Assembly (NCBI RefSeq): GCF_000284115.1
Contig: NC_017080.1
Span: forward strand, 3,090,001-3,122,000
Direction: 5' to 3'
Source of the DNA: Phycisphaera mikurensis NBRC 102666
GTDB taxonomy: Bacteria; Planctomycetota; Phycisphaerae; Phycisphaerales; Phycisphaeraceae
Length of the DNA: 32,000 nt
A model generated the notes under the pieces. That model did not search any database, was not told where the DNA came from, and saw only the letters and a list, made by a program, of their open reading frames with translations. Positions within the stretch are counted from its first letter, which is position 1; each line of letters begins with the position of its first letter. Position numbers and translations under genes: made by a program. Positions 16,659-26,100 of this stretch are shown in pieces.

Positions 16659-18551
16659 TCAGGCGGCCACCCGCAGCCCCGGCCGCTCCGCCTGCCCCAC
16701 CTGCTCCTTCAGCCACGCCGACGCCTCGGCAACCCGCATCGGCTTGGCGAAGAGGTAGCCCTGACCGCCGTCGTAGCCCATGGCCTGGAACATCGACACC
16801 TCCTCCGGCGTCTCGAGGCCCTCGGCGACGGTCCGCAGGCCCAGCTTCCGCGCGAGCTCGGCGATGGCGTCGGCCACCACCGCGACCCTGCGGTCCCGCG
16901 CCGCCTCGGCCGTGAAGGAGCGATCGATCTTGAGCCACTGCACGGGGTACGCGTGCAGGCCCGACAGCGTCGAGGTGCCGGTGCCGAAGTCGTCGAGCAT
17001 CAGCTGGAAGCCGGCGTCCCTCAGCCGCTGCATCGTCACCCGCGCCTCGCGGCAATCGGCGACGTCCGACTCGGTCAGCTCCAGGTGCACCTGGTGGGGG
17101 TGGAGGCCGGCCTCCGCCACGGCCGCTCCGACGCGTGCGGGCAACCCGGCGTCGCGGAGCTGCCGCTTCGAGAGGTTCAACGAGACGAAGAGCCCCGCGT
17201 CGCCGTCCACCGCGGCGCCACACTCCCGCCGCATGCACGAGACGCCCTCCAGTGCGGCCCCGGCGACGGCCGCGAAGGTCTCGTCGATGAGGCCGGACCG
17301 CTCCGCGAGCGGGATGAAGTGCGTCGGCGGGATCGGCCCGTGAACCGGGTGCGTCCAGCGGGCGAGTGTCTCGAAGCCGCAGACGCGGGAGGTCGAGAGG
17401 TCAACGATCGGCTGGAGCACCGGGTGGATCTCGCCGCGATCGAGCGCTTCCCGCAGGTCCGACTCGACCCGCACGTCCCGCCGAGCGCGCTGCAGCATCG
17501 GAGGGTCGAACACCTTCGGCCGCGCGGCCGGGTCTTCGCTCGAGGCCTCCGCCGCGGCGGTCATCGCCAGGATGGCGCGGGCGAGCAGATCGGCACAGGC
17601 TTGGATCCGCGGGAGCCCGAGCGGACGCCCGCCGCCCCGCTCACGCACCGCCAGCCCGATCGACGCGGTCAGCGGGAGCCGCTGATCGTCCAGCTCGTAG
17701 GCCCGGTCGAGGGCGTGCCCGACGCGGCCCGCCAGCCCCGCGGCGGCCACGCCCGTGTCCACCTCGCCGGAGAGCATCAGCGCGAAGGTCCCGCTCTCGA
17801 CCCGAGCGACTTCGCGACGCGTCCCCGCCGCCACGCCCGGCAGGTCGCCCTCGATCGACGCCCGGAGGCGGCGCGCGGTCTCCAGGAGCACCGCGTCGCC
17901 GGATCCGGTGCCCCCGGCGATCGCCTCGAAGCGGCTCAAACGCAGGCTCAGGATCAAGACGGCCTCGCCCGAAGCGAGCGCCGCGTCGCCGAGGCGCGTG
18001 AGGCCGCGGCCGTTGAGCAGGCCCGTCACCGGGTCCCGCAACGCCGCCTCCTCCGCCCGCACCACGTCGCGGTGCAGCTCGATCAGCCGGCTCGCCTGCT
18101 CCGCCAGAGAAACCAGCCGGTCTCGCTCGGCGGAAGCGAGCTGCCGCGGCTTCTGGTCGCACAAGCAGAACGCGCCGAGTGCGTGGCCGCCCGCGGAGAA
18201 CAGCGGAACGCCGGCGTAGAAGCGGAGATGCGGCTCCCCGACCACCAGCGGGTGGTCGCAGAACCGCGGGTCGGCGGCGAGATCATCGACGACCAGCGGC
18301 GACCGCCGCACGACCGTGTGGTGGCAGATCGCCACCTCGCGCGGGGTCTGAGAGAAGCCGAGCCCGACGCAGGACTTGAACCACTGCCGATCGGCGTCCA
18401 CCAGGCTCACCGCCGCGATCGGCACGCCGAAGAGATCGGCCGCGAGCCGCGTCAGGCCGTCGTAGGCGGACTCCGGCGCGGTGTCCAGCAGCCGGTGCGC
18501 GTGGAGGTCCGCGAGCCGCGGCGCCTCCATCTCGGGATAGGGTGCGAGCAT
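16659..18551 (-). CDS. GAF / degenerate GGDEF / EAL protein (likely c-di-GMP phosphodiesterase)
   Basis: The GAF-like block reads FGVPIAAVSLVDADRQWFKS...RFYAGVPL. The GGDEF position reads VESGTF, which is degenerate. The EAL domain has ETLARW, LNLS, ELTE, DDFGTG, KIDRSF, EGLET and QGY. I chose the ATG at 18551 (MLAPYPEMEAP...). Confidence 0.85.
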   Translation of the reverse strand: MLAPYPEMEAPRLADLHAHRLLDTAPESAYDGLTRLAADLFGVPIAAVSLVDADRQWFKSCVGLGFSQTPREVAICHHTVVRRSPLVVDDLAADPRFCDHPLVVGEPHLRFYAGVPLFSAGGHALGAFCLCDQKPRQLASAERDRLVSLAEQASRLIELHRDVVRAEEAALRDPVTGLLNGRGLTRLGDAALASGEAVLILSLRLSRFEAIAGGTGSGDAVLLETARRLRASIEGDLPGVAAGTRREVARVESGTFALMLSGEVDTGVAAAGLAGRVGHALDRAYELDDQRLPLTASIGLAVRERGGGRPLGLPRIQACADLLARAILAMTAAAEASSEDPAARPKVFDPPMLQRARRDVRVESDLREALDRGEIHPVLQPIVDLSTSRVCGFETLARWTHPVHGPIPPTHFIPLAERSGLIDETFAAVAGAALEGVSCMRRECGAAVDGDAGLFVSLNLSKRQLRDAGLPARVGAAVAEAGLHPHQVHLELTESDVADCREARVTMQRLRDAGFQLMLDDFGTGTSTLSGLHAYPVQWLKIDRSFTAEAARDRRVAVVADAIAELARKLGLRTVAEGLETPEEVSMFQAMGYDGGQGYLFAKPMRVAEASAWLKEQVGQAERPGLRVAA

Positions 18552-18762
18552 CGTCGGGAGAGGTGGGGAGGAGGCGAGGCGGGGTGAGGGCGAGGGGTTT
18601 GGAGGGCCGGAGCGGTCGCCGCGGCTTCCTCGGTTTCCATCGGCCCGATGTTCCCCGCGGGCAACACGTTCATCGGCGAAAAGCCAGGGGCTTCTCCCGA
18701 TGAGGCCCACCCGGCGCGGACCGATTGGCCGGCTCCGGGCCGGCGGGCCTTTATCGTCCGCC

Positions 18763-19662
18763 ATGAGCACGCCCCACTTCCCGCCGCCCGGCCCGCTGCG
18801 ATGCGTGCTCGACACCGACACCTTCAACGAGGTGGACGATCAGTTCGCGCTCGCCTGGATGCTGCGCCGGCCCGACCGGTTCGACGTCGCCGCCGTCACG
18901 GCGGCGCCCTTCCTCAACGAGAAGGTGGCGACCGCCGCCGAGGGCATGCGCCTCTCGCTGGAGGAGGCCGAACGGGTGCTGGAGCTCTGCGGCCGCGAGG
19001 ACGTGGAGGTCGTGCCCGGCAGCGAGTCGTTCTGCCGCCGCAGCGGCGAGCCGGTGCAGAGCCCCGCCGCCCACCGGATCCTCGACGCATCGGCCGCGCA
19101 CGGGCCCGATCACCCGCTGCACGTTGTCGGGATCGCCGCGCTCACCAACGTCGCGAGTGCCCTGTGGATCGATCCCACGCTCAAGGAGCGGGTCGTGCTG
19201 CACTGGCTCGGGGGGCACCGCCCGCCGCTGGGCGTGGAGAGCGAGTTCAACTTCGGCCAGGACGTCGCCGCGGGCCGCGCCGCGTTCGGCGGGGTCCCGC
19301 TCGTGTGGCACCCCTGCCGGGGCGTCGCCTCGCACCTGCTCACCACCGTGCCCGAGCTGGAGCGCGACCTCGAGCCCCGCGGCCCGCTCGCCGCCTTTCT
19401 CACCGGCCGCTTCCGCGACCACGTCGCGGCTCCCGGGAGCGACACCTCCGGCCCCGCCACCGCCAAGGAGATCTGGGACGTCGCCCCGGTCGCGTGGCTG
19501 CTCGGCGGCGAGGACCTCGTCCTCACCGGCGAGGAGCCCAACCCTTACACGGCCGGAGACGACGGTCCGGGCACCCCGGCCGGGCCCGAGACGATCCGGT
19601 CCGCCCTGCTGCCCCACCGCAACCCGATCTTCCGCCGGCTCTTCGACGACCTCGCGGGGTGA
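18763..19662 (+). CDS. Nucleoside hydrolase-like protein (IUNH-related)
   Basis: The N-terminus has an Asp cluster, VLDTDTFNEVDDQFAL, which is DxDx5DD and two residues longer than the canonical DxDxxxDD. A later block reads VVGIAALTNVA. I chose the ATG at 18763. Confidence 0.65.
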   Translation: MSTPHFPPPGPLRCVLDTDTFNEVDDQFALAWMLRRPDRFDVAAVTAAPFLNEKVATAAEGMRLSLEEAERVLELCGREDVEVVPGSESFCRRSGEPVQSPAAHRILDASAAHGPDHPLHVVGIAALTNVASALWIDPTLKERVVLHWLGGHRPPLGVESEFNFGQDVAAGRAAFGGVPLVWHPCRGVASHLLTTVPELERDLEPRGPLAAFLTGRFRDHVAAPGSDTSGPATAKEIWDVAPVAWLLGGEDLVLTGEEPNPYTAGDDGPGTPAGPETIRSALLPHRNPIFRRLFDDLAG

Positions 19663-19719
19663 GCGTGACGCCCGGGGCGGCGCCGTTCGGCGTCCGGCGC
19701 CGCGGGAACTCCTCGCCGG

Positions 19720-20460
19720 TCAGGGCGAGGGCAGCTTGATCGTCGAGCCGCTCGCTTCTTCCCGCTCGCCGGTCACCAGGTCGTGGATGACGCCGGCGAC
19801 GGATATCGGGTCGAGCGCCTTCTCCGGCGGGATCGCCCGCTCGGAGAAGTTGCCGCGGAGCAGCGCCGTCTCCACCGCACCCGGAGCGACGGCGTAGGTG
19901 CGGATGCCGAGGCGCTGGCCCTCGGTCGCCGCGTTGGCGACGAAGGCCTCCACCCCCGCCTTGGCCGCGGCGTAGAAGCTGAACTTCTGGTGCGGCGTGT
20001 GGATCGCCATCGCGGAGATGCCGACCAGCACGCCCGCGTCCTCCCGCCCGTTCGCGCGGAAGGCCGGCCAGGCGGCGCGGGCGAGGTAGACCAACGCCTT
20101 GAGGTTGACGTCGACGCAGGCGTCGAGCTCGGCGTCCTGGATCCGTTCGATGGCGGCGAGCGGCGCCTGGCCGGCGGCGTTCACCACGGCGTCGAGGCGG
20201 CCGAAAGCGGCGACCGTTTGCTGGACCGCCGCGTCGACGGCGGCTCGGTCGGTGACGTCGGCGACGATCGGGAGGACCTCCGCCTCGGGACGGACCTCCT
20301 CGCGGACGAGTGCCGCCGCGGCCTCGAGCTTCTCGAGCGTCCTGCCCGCCAGCGCCACCGCGTACCCGCTCTCGGCGAGCAGCATCGCGGTGTCGCGGCC
20401 GATGCCCGAGCCGGCGCCGGTGACGAGGACGGACTTGCGGGGGGAGGCGGCGTCGGTCAT
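19720..20460 (-). CDS. Short-chain dehydrogenase/reductase (SDR) family oxidoreductase
   Basis: 246 aa. It has the TGAGSGIG cofactor motif, NAAG, and the catalytic Ser plus YAAAK (YxxxK). Confidence 0.88.
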   Translation of the reverse strand: MTDAASPRKSVLVTGAGSGIGRDTAMLLAESGYAVALAGRTLEKLEAAAALVREEVRPEAEVLPIVADVTDRAAVDAAVQQTVAAFGRLDAVVNAAGQAPLAAIERIQDAELDACVDVNLKALVYLARAAWPAFRANGREDAGVLVGISAMAIHTPHQKFSFYAAAKAGVEAFVANAATEGQRLGIRTYAVAPGAVETALLRGNFSERAIPPEKALDPISVAGVIHDLVTGEREEASGSTIKLPSP

Positions 20461-20612
20461 GGGCGACCGTAGGAGAACCGGACGCCGATCCGACCGCGCC
20501 GCCACGCCGGGAAGAGAGCTCGCTGACGCGCTCGCCGGGTCCGCTTCCCCCCTGCCCTGCGCGGCGGTCTGCCTGCGCCCCGCCGTGCCCGCTCCTCCGC
20601 GCCCGCTCCCCT

Positions 20613-21701
20613 TCAGAACGAAAGCCGCGCCGCCACGCGCACGAACGCCGCGTCGTCGAATTCCTGGATCTCCTCCGTGCTCCGCAGGTCGTAGCCGCGG
20701 CGGAGCTGCTGGCCGAAGCCCCAGCCTCCGGTGAGTGTGAAGGACAGCCGCTGCACGGGCGTGATCGTCGCGCCGACCTCGAGGCGTTGACCGACGACGA
20801 AGATGCGTCGGCGCTCCTTCGTGTCGGCGTCGTGGAACTGGTCGTAGAAGCCGCCGTAGCCGGCGAGCACGGTGACGTGCTCGTTCACGCGGTAGCTCGC
20901 GAGGGCGGTGAAGGCGTCGAGCTGGCTGAAGCCGGCGCTGAGCGTCCACCGCGTGTCGGGCTTGTAGATCAGCCGCGTCTCGGGATAGCCCAGCGTCAGC
21001 CCGATCTCCGCGGCGCTGGGCCGGCCGGTCTGCGGGTCGATCGACAGCGGCTTGCGGAAGAGGACCAGCGGCAGCGGGAGGTCGGGCAGCGTCGACCGGT
21101 TGCCGTCGTAGGTGAGGCCCAGCAGCAGGCGGTTGCCGTTGGCGGAGACCCGCTCGGCCTGCACGCTCGCCAGCCCGTACCAGCCGCGGTCGTCTTCGTA
21201 GGGATTGGTGCTGGCGTGGCCGAAGCCGACCTCCAGAGCGGGCGTCCAGGCGCCCGAAAAGAGCCCGTCGCCCCCGACGTAGAACGTCTGCTCGTCGAGG
21301 GTGAAGCCGACGTCCATCTCCTGGCGGACCAGGCGCTCGGGCACGCTCTCGCCGCCGCCGGAGAAGTCCACGTGGGTGTACTCGTGGCCGAAGAGCATCC
21401 CCCCCGCCGCCCCCTCGCCGGGGGAGCCGTCGGAGCCGACGCGGGCGCGGAGCCGCGTCCGCGAGGCCCAGATGTCGGTGTCGGTCGCCTCGCCCGGGCC
21501 GCGGGTCTCGGTGGGGACGCGGGTGCTGTCGCCCTGCACGGCGAGCACCTGGCCGGGCTCCCAGTAGCTGGTCAGCAGCGCCGTGCCGGTCTGGGCCTGT
21601 GCCGTCGCCGCGGCGAGCGCGGGCAGGAGAAGGCACCGGCGGAGGGCGCGGGCGCAGCGCGAGAGCCCACGCCGGGTCGGAACGGGGTGGGGAAGCGGCA
21701 C
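20613..21701 (-). CDS. Predicted outer-membrane beta-barrel protein
   Basis: A signal-peptide-like N-terminus reads RRCLLLPALAAATAQAQ. Alternating amphipathic strands run through the protein and it ends in a C-terminal Phe (VAARLSF). I recognised no family. The GTG start is uncertain. Confidence 0.6.
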   Translation of the reverse strand: MPLPHPVPTRRGLSRCARALRRCLLLPALAAATAQAQTGTALLTSYWEPGQVLAVQGDSTRVPTETRGPGEATDTDIWASRTRLRARVGSDGSPGEGAAGGMLFGHEYTHVDFSGGGESVPERLVRQEMDVGFTLDEQTFYVGGDGLFSGAWTPALEVGFGHASTNPYEDDRGWYGLASVQAERVSANGNRLLLGLTYDGNRSTLPDLPLPLVLFRKPLSIDPQTGRPSAAEIGLTLGYPETRLIYKPDTRWTLSAGFSQLDAFTALASYRVNEHVTVLAGYGGFYDQFHDADTKERRRIFVVGQRLEVGATITPVQRLSFTLTGGWGFGQQLRRGYDLRSTEEIQEFDDAAFVRVAARLSF

Positions 21702-21737
21702 GACGGGAGATTAGAACGGTCGAGCCGGACCCACATC

Positions 21738-21747
21738 TGGTATACCA
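21738..21747. promoter_or_regulatory. AT-rich 10-bp palindrome TGGTATACCA in a divergent intergenic region
   Basis: It reads TGnTATAcc on both strands, so it could serve as an extended -10 in either direction. It lies 44 nt upstream of the GH5 ATG and 37 nt upstream of the OMP GTG. Confidence 0.3.
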
Positions 21748-21790
21748 TTACGCTCCCTTGGCTTGACCGTTTTCTCACGAGGAGCCCGCG

Positions 21791-23077
21791 ATGCGCCACC
21801 GCCCCCTTTCCCTGCTGCTGGCTCCGTGCCTCGCCCTGCTGCCCGCTGCGCCGGGGGAAGCGGCCGGGCTGGAGGTCGTCGGCGGCGGCTTCGAGCGTGA
21901 AGGCGTCGCGTACCGGGCCGTGGGCGTGAACTACTTCGACGCCTTCCTCCGAACGCTGCGTGAGCCCGGGGACTTTCAGCGGACCCGGTCTTCGCTCACC
22001 GGCCCGGCCAATACCAGCTACGAGGCCGGCTTCGACGGCCTCGCCGCCGCCGGCGTGCCCTTCATCCGCTTCAACGCGGGCGGCTTCCGGGTGGCCGATT
22101 ACCGGCTGTACCAGAAGGACAAAGCGGCGTACCTCGCGCAGATGCGTGCCGTCGTGGACGCGGCCGACGCCCGCGGGATCGGCGTCGTGCCCTCGGTTTT
22201 CTGGCAGACGGACAGCTTCGCGGCGCTCGCCGGCGAGAACCGCGCCGCGTGGGCGGACGCCGGCAGCGCGACCCGCCGGCTCGCCGACGCCTACGCCCGC
22301 GACGTCGTCGGAGCGCTCCGGGGCGCCAACAACGTGCTGATGTGGGAGTTCGGCAACGAGTTCAATCTCCAGCAGGACCTGCCGGTCAACGACGACCGGC
22401 CCGCGACGATCTCCAGCGCCGGCGTCCGCGACGCGGTCGCGGCCTTTGCCGGGGTGGTCGCCGAGCTGGATCCGGCCCGCACCACGACGACCGGCCACTC
22501 GGTGGAGCGAACCGCCGCCGCGGCCCTCCGGCAGAGCGGGAGCTTCCGCCCGCTGGACACGCGAGAAGACTTCCGCGAGGTGACGATCACCGACCACGCG
22601 GGCGTCGGCGTGATCAGCGCGCACCTCTACCAGCATTCGGCGCTGGGCCTGGATCCCAAAGATTCCACCGCCGATCCGGCGGTGCGTTTCGGCGAGCCCG
22701 GCCTCGCGTACGTCGAGGTCGTCGCGGAGCTGATGGCCGCGAGCGCCGCCTCCGGCAAGCCGCTGTTCCTCGGCGAGTTCGGCGTGGGCGAAGGCTCGGC
22801 CCTCGGCGCCCCCGACGCACCCGCCACGGAAGCGGAGCAGCTGCGGTACCTGCTCGACGCGATCGTGGAGGAGCAGGTCCCGCTGTCAGCGCTGTGGGTC
22901 TACGACCGCCTGTTCACCGGGCGCAACGAGCTGGACTACACGATCACGACCCGCAACGACCGTGCGGACCGGCTCGCGCTGATCGCCGAGGCGAATCGCC
23001 GGCTCGCCGTGCCCGAGCCGGGCACGCTCGGGCTCGCGGGCGCGGCCGCTCTGCCGCTGCTCCGCCGCCGCCGCTGA
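21791..23077 (+). CDS. Glycoside hydrolase family 5-like enzyme with C-terminal PEP-CTERM sorting signal
   Basis: It has a signal peptide, NVLMWEFGNEFN (acid/base Glu of the GH5 NE motif) and LFLGEFGV (nucleophile Glu). The C-terminus VPEPGTLGLAGAAALPLLRRRR is PEP, a TM helix and an Arg cluster. A GAGGAG Shine-Dalgarno sequence lies 6 nt before the ATG. Confidence 0.75.
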   Translation: MRHRPLSLLLAPCLALLPAAPGEAAGLEVVGGGFEREGVAYRAVGVNYFDAFLRTLREPGDFQRTRSSLTGPANTSYEAGFDGLAAAGVPFIRFNAGGFRVADYRLYQKDKAAYLAQMRAVVDAADARGIGVVPSVFWQTDSFAALAGENRAAWADAGSATRRLADAYARDVVGALRGANNVLMWEFGNEFNLQQDLPVNDDRPATISSAGVRDAVAAFAGVVAELDPARTTTTGHSVERTAAAALRQSGSFRPLDTREDFREVTITDHAGVGVISAHLYQHSALGLDPKDSTADPAVRFGEPGLAYVEVVAELMAASAASGKPLFLGEFGVGEGSALGAPDAPATEAEQLRYLLDAIVEEQVPLSALWVYDRLFTGRNELDYTITTRNDRADRLALIAEANRRLAVPEPGTLGLAGAAALPLLRRRR

Positions 23078-23101
23078 CCCCGCGGCTACAACCGCTGCCC
23101 G

Positions 23102-26100
23102 ATGAGCGGTCCTCCTGAGCATCCCCGCCCCTCCGACGCCCGCCGCCAGGACGTGCCCGCGCTGCGCGCTCTCTGGAAGAAGATCCAGCACGCGCAGAGC
23201 CGCAACCGCCCGCACGACCGCGACCTCGCCCGCTTCGAGAAGCGGCTGGCGGCCTCCGTCGCGGCGAAGGCGGAGCGGGCGGCGGCGGCCCCGGATGTTT
23301 CTTACCCGGCCGACCTGCCGGTCTCGGCGGAGAAGGACCGGATCAAGGAGCTGATCGCGCGATACCAGGTCGCGGTGCTGTGCGGCGAGACCGGCTCGGG
23401 CAAGAGCACGCAGCTGCCCAAGATCCTGATGGAGCTGGGCCACGGCAGCGACGGCGTCATCGCCCACACCCAGCCGCGGCGGCTGGCGGCGCGCACACTG
23501 GCGCAGCGGGTGGCGGCGGAGCTGTCGGTGCCGGTGGGCGGCGTGGTCGGCCACTCGGTGCGGTTCGAGGACCGGACCGGGCCGCAGACGCGGATCCGCT
23601 ACCTGACCGACGGGCTTCTGCTCGCCGAGCTGGCACGCGACCCCGACCTGCTCGCCTGCGACGCGGTGATCGTCGACGAGGCCCACGAGCGGTCGCTGAA
23701 CATCGACTTCCTCCTGGGCTACCTCAAGCGGCTGCTGCCGCGGCGGCCGGACCTGAAGCTGGTCATCACGTCGGCGACGATCAACACGCAGCTGTTCGCC
23801 GAGCACTTCCGCGACGAAGCGGGCGAGCCCGCGCCCGTCATCGAGGTCAGCGGGCGGACGTACCCGGTCGAGGTGCGGTACGCGCCGCCGGAGGACGCCA
23901 GCGATGCCGCCGCGGACCGGGCGCTCCTGGAGGCCTTCGACGCCGCGGTCCGCGGCACCCCCGGCGACGTGCTGGTCTTCCTGCCGACCGAGCGGGCGAT
24001 CGGCGACGCGGCGAGGCTGCTGCGGGGCCACACGCAGGCCCGGAGCTTCCCGGGCGGGAGCGTGGAGGTGCTGCCGCTCTACGCGCGGCTGTCCAACGCC
24101 GAGCAGCAGCGGGTCTTCTCGCCCTCGGGGCCGGGCCGGCGGGTCGTGCTCGCGACGAACGTCGCGGAGTCCTCCGTCACGGTCCCGCGGATCACCTCCG
24201 TCATCGACACCGGGACCGCCCGCATCTCCCGCTACTCCGCGCGGGCGCGGATGCAGCGGCTGCCGATCGAGCCCGTGAGCCAGGCGAGCTGCAGGCAGCG
24301 GGCGGGCCGCTGCGGGCGGGTTGCCCCCGGCCTGTGCATCCGGCTCTACAGCGAGGAGGACTTCGACGACCGCCCGGCCTTCGAGGCGCCCGAGGTTCTG
24401 CGGACGAGCCTCGCCTCGGTCATCCTCACGATGTCGTCGATGGGGCTGGGCGACCCCGCCGACTTCCCCTTTCTGGAGCCGCCCCGGCCGGCCGCGATCC
24501 GCGAGGGCCGCAAGACGCTGCACGAGCTGGGCGCCGCCGAGAAGGACGGCACGCTGACGGAGCTCGGCCGCCGGATGGCCACGCTGCCGGTCGACCCCCG
24601 CGTCGCCCGCATGATCTTCGCCGGTGCGGAGGAGGGCTGCCTGGCCGAGGTTCTGGTCATCGCCGCCGCGCTGGAGGCGCAGGACCCGCGGCTGCGGCCG
24701 GTCGAGAAGCAGCAGGCGGCCGACCAGGCGCACCGGCCCTTCGTCCACCCCCGCAGCGACTTCCTCACCCTCCTGAACCTCTGGGACGGCATCCATCGCG
24801 AGAAGGACAGCCTCTCCGGCGGGGCGTTCAAGCGTTGGTGCTCGCGGACGTTCCTGTCGCACCCGAAGGTCCGCGAGTGGGCAGAGCTGCACCGGCAGCT
24901 GGTGGAGACCGCCCGCGGGGCCGGCCTGTCTCCGAAGCGTCGGACGCCGGGCCCCGAAGCGGTCGAGAAGCTCGGCGACGCGGTCACGCGGGCGCTGCTC
25001 GCGGGCCTGCTGTCCAACGTCGCGCTCCGCGAGGACGGACCCGCTTACAAAGCGGCCGGCGCCGAATCGGGCGATCGGGAGCTGTTCCTCTGGCCGGGGT
25101 CGGCGCTCGCCAGAGCGAAACCCCGGTGGGTCGTCGCGGCGGAGGTCGTGTCGACGACGCGGCAGTACGCGCGGACCTGCGCCCAGATCGACCCGCGCTG
25201 GATCGAGGATCTCGCCGGCGACCTCGTCACGCAGACCCACAGCAACCCGCGGTGGGAGCGCGAGGCCGGCGGCGTCTTCGCCGACGAGAAGGTGTCCTTC
25301 CGGGGCCTGGTGCTCGTGCCGAAGCGGCGGGTGAAGCTCAGCCACGTCGACCCCGTGCAGGCGCGGGAGATCTTCCTGCACGAGGCGCTGGTCGGCGGCG
25401 ACGCCGACCTGACGGCGCCCTTCTTCCTGCACAACCGCGAGCTGGAGCGTGGCATCGAGGAGGAGCAGGCCCGGCTGCGCCGGGTCGACCTGCTGGCGGA
25501 CGCGAAGCGGCGCTACCGCTTCTACGACGAGCGGCTGCCCGCCGAGGTGACCGGCGTGGCCGAGCTGAACCGCTGGCTGAAGAGAGCGAGCGAGGCACGG
25601 CGGCGCCGCCTGTTCATGGCCGAGGCCGACCTCCGGGAGCAGGAGGCGGAGGAGGACCCGGGCCGCCCTGCGACGATCGAGACCGGCGGGCTGGTGCTGC
25701 CGGTGCGGTACGTGCACGACGCGTCGGCGGAAGACGACGGCGCGACGCTGGAGGTCCCGCTCGCGGTGCTCGGCCGCGTCGGGAAGGAGCGGCTGGACTG
25801 GGGCCTGCCCGGGCAGCTCGAGGAGCGGCTGGCGGCCGTGATCCGCTCGCTGCCCAAGCCGATCCGCAAGACGCTTGCGCCGGCGCCCGACTCCGCCCGC
25901 CGGGCCGCGGCACGCATCCGCTTCGGCGAGGGCGGGTTCCGGGCGGCGGCCGCCGAGGCCCTCGGCTGGGTCCGCGGCGAGGCGCTTGACCCGCTGCTCA
26001 TCGACGTCGCCGCGCTCGACCGGCACCTCCGCCTCGGCGTCGCCGTGCTCGACGACGCCGGCAAGGAACTCGCCCAGGGCCGCGACCTCGACGCGCTCAA

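Noticed and set aside
18556-18606. G-run cluster on the + strand (GGGG-tga-GGG-cga-GGGG-tttgga-GGG) just upstream of the GAF-EAL start, which fits a G-quadruplex pattern.
   Set aside because: Such patterns are expected frequently by chance at this GC content. The tract lies on the template strand for the adjacent gene. Nothing else marks it as functional.
24842-24876. An 8-bp hairpin, TCGCGGAC ... GTCCGCGA, inside hrpA that resembles the repeat arms.
   Set aside because: The loop is 19 nt, not 26, and the arms match the consensus only partly. It is indistinguishable from a chance short inverted repeat in GC-rich coding sequence.
25101-25130. GAGCGAAACCCCGGTGGGTCGTCGCGG inside hrpA resembles the loop and right-arm junction of repeat copy 2 (GAGCCGAAACCCCGGCGGTCCGCGG).
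   Set aside because: There is no matching left arm and the right arm is degenerate. The similarity can be explained by a K-P-R codon run, so I treat it as coincidence.
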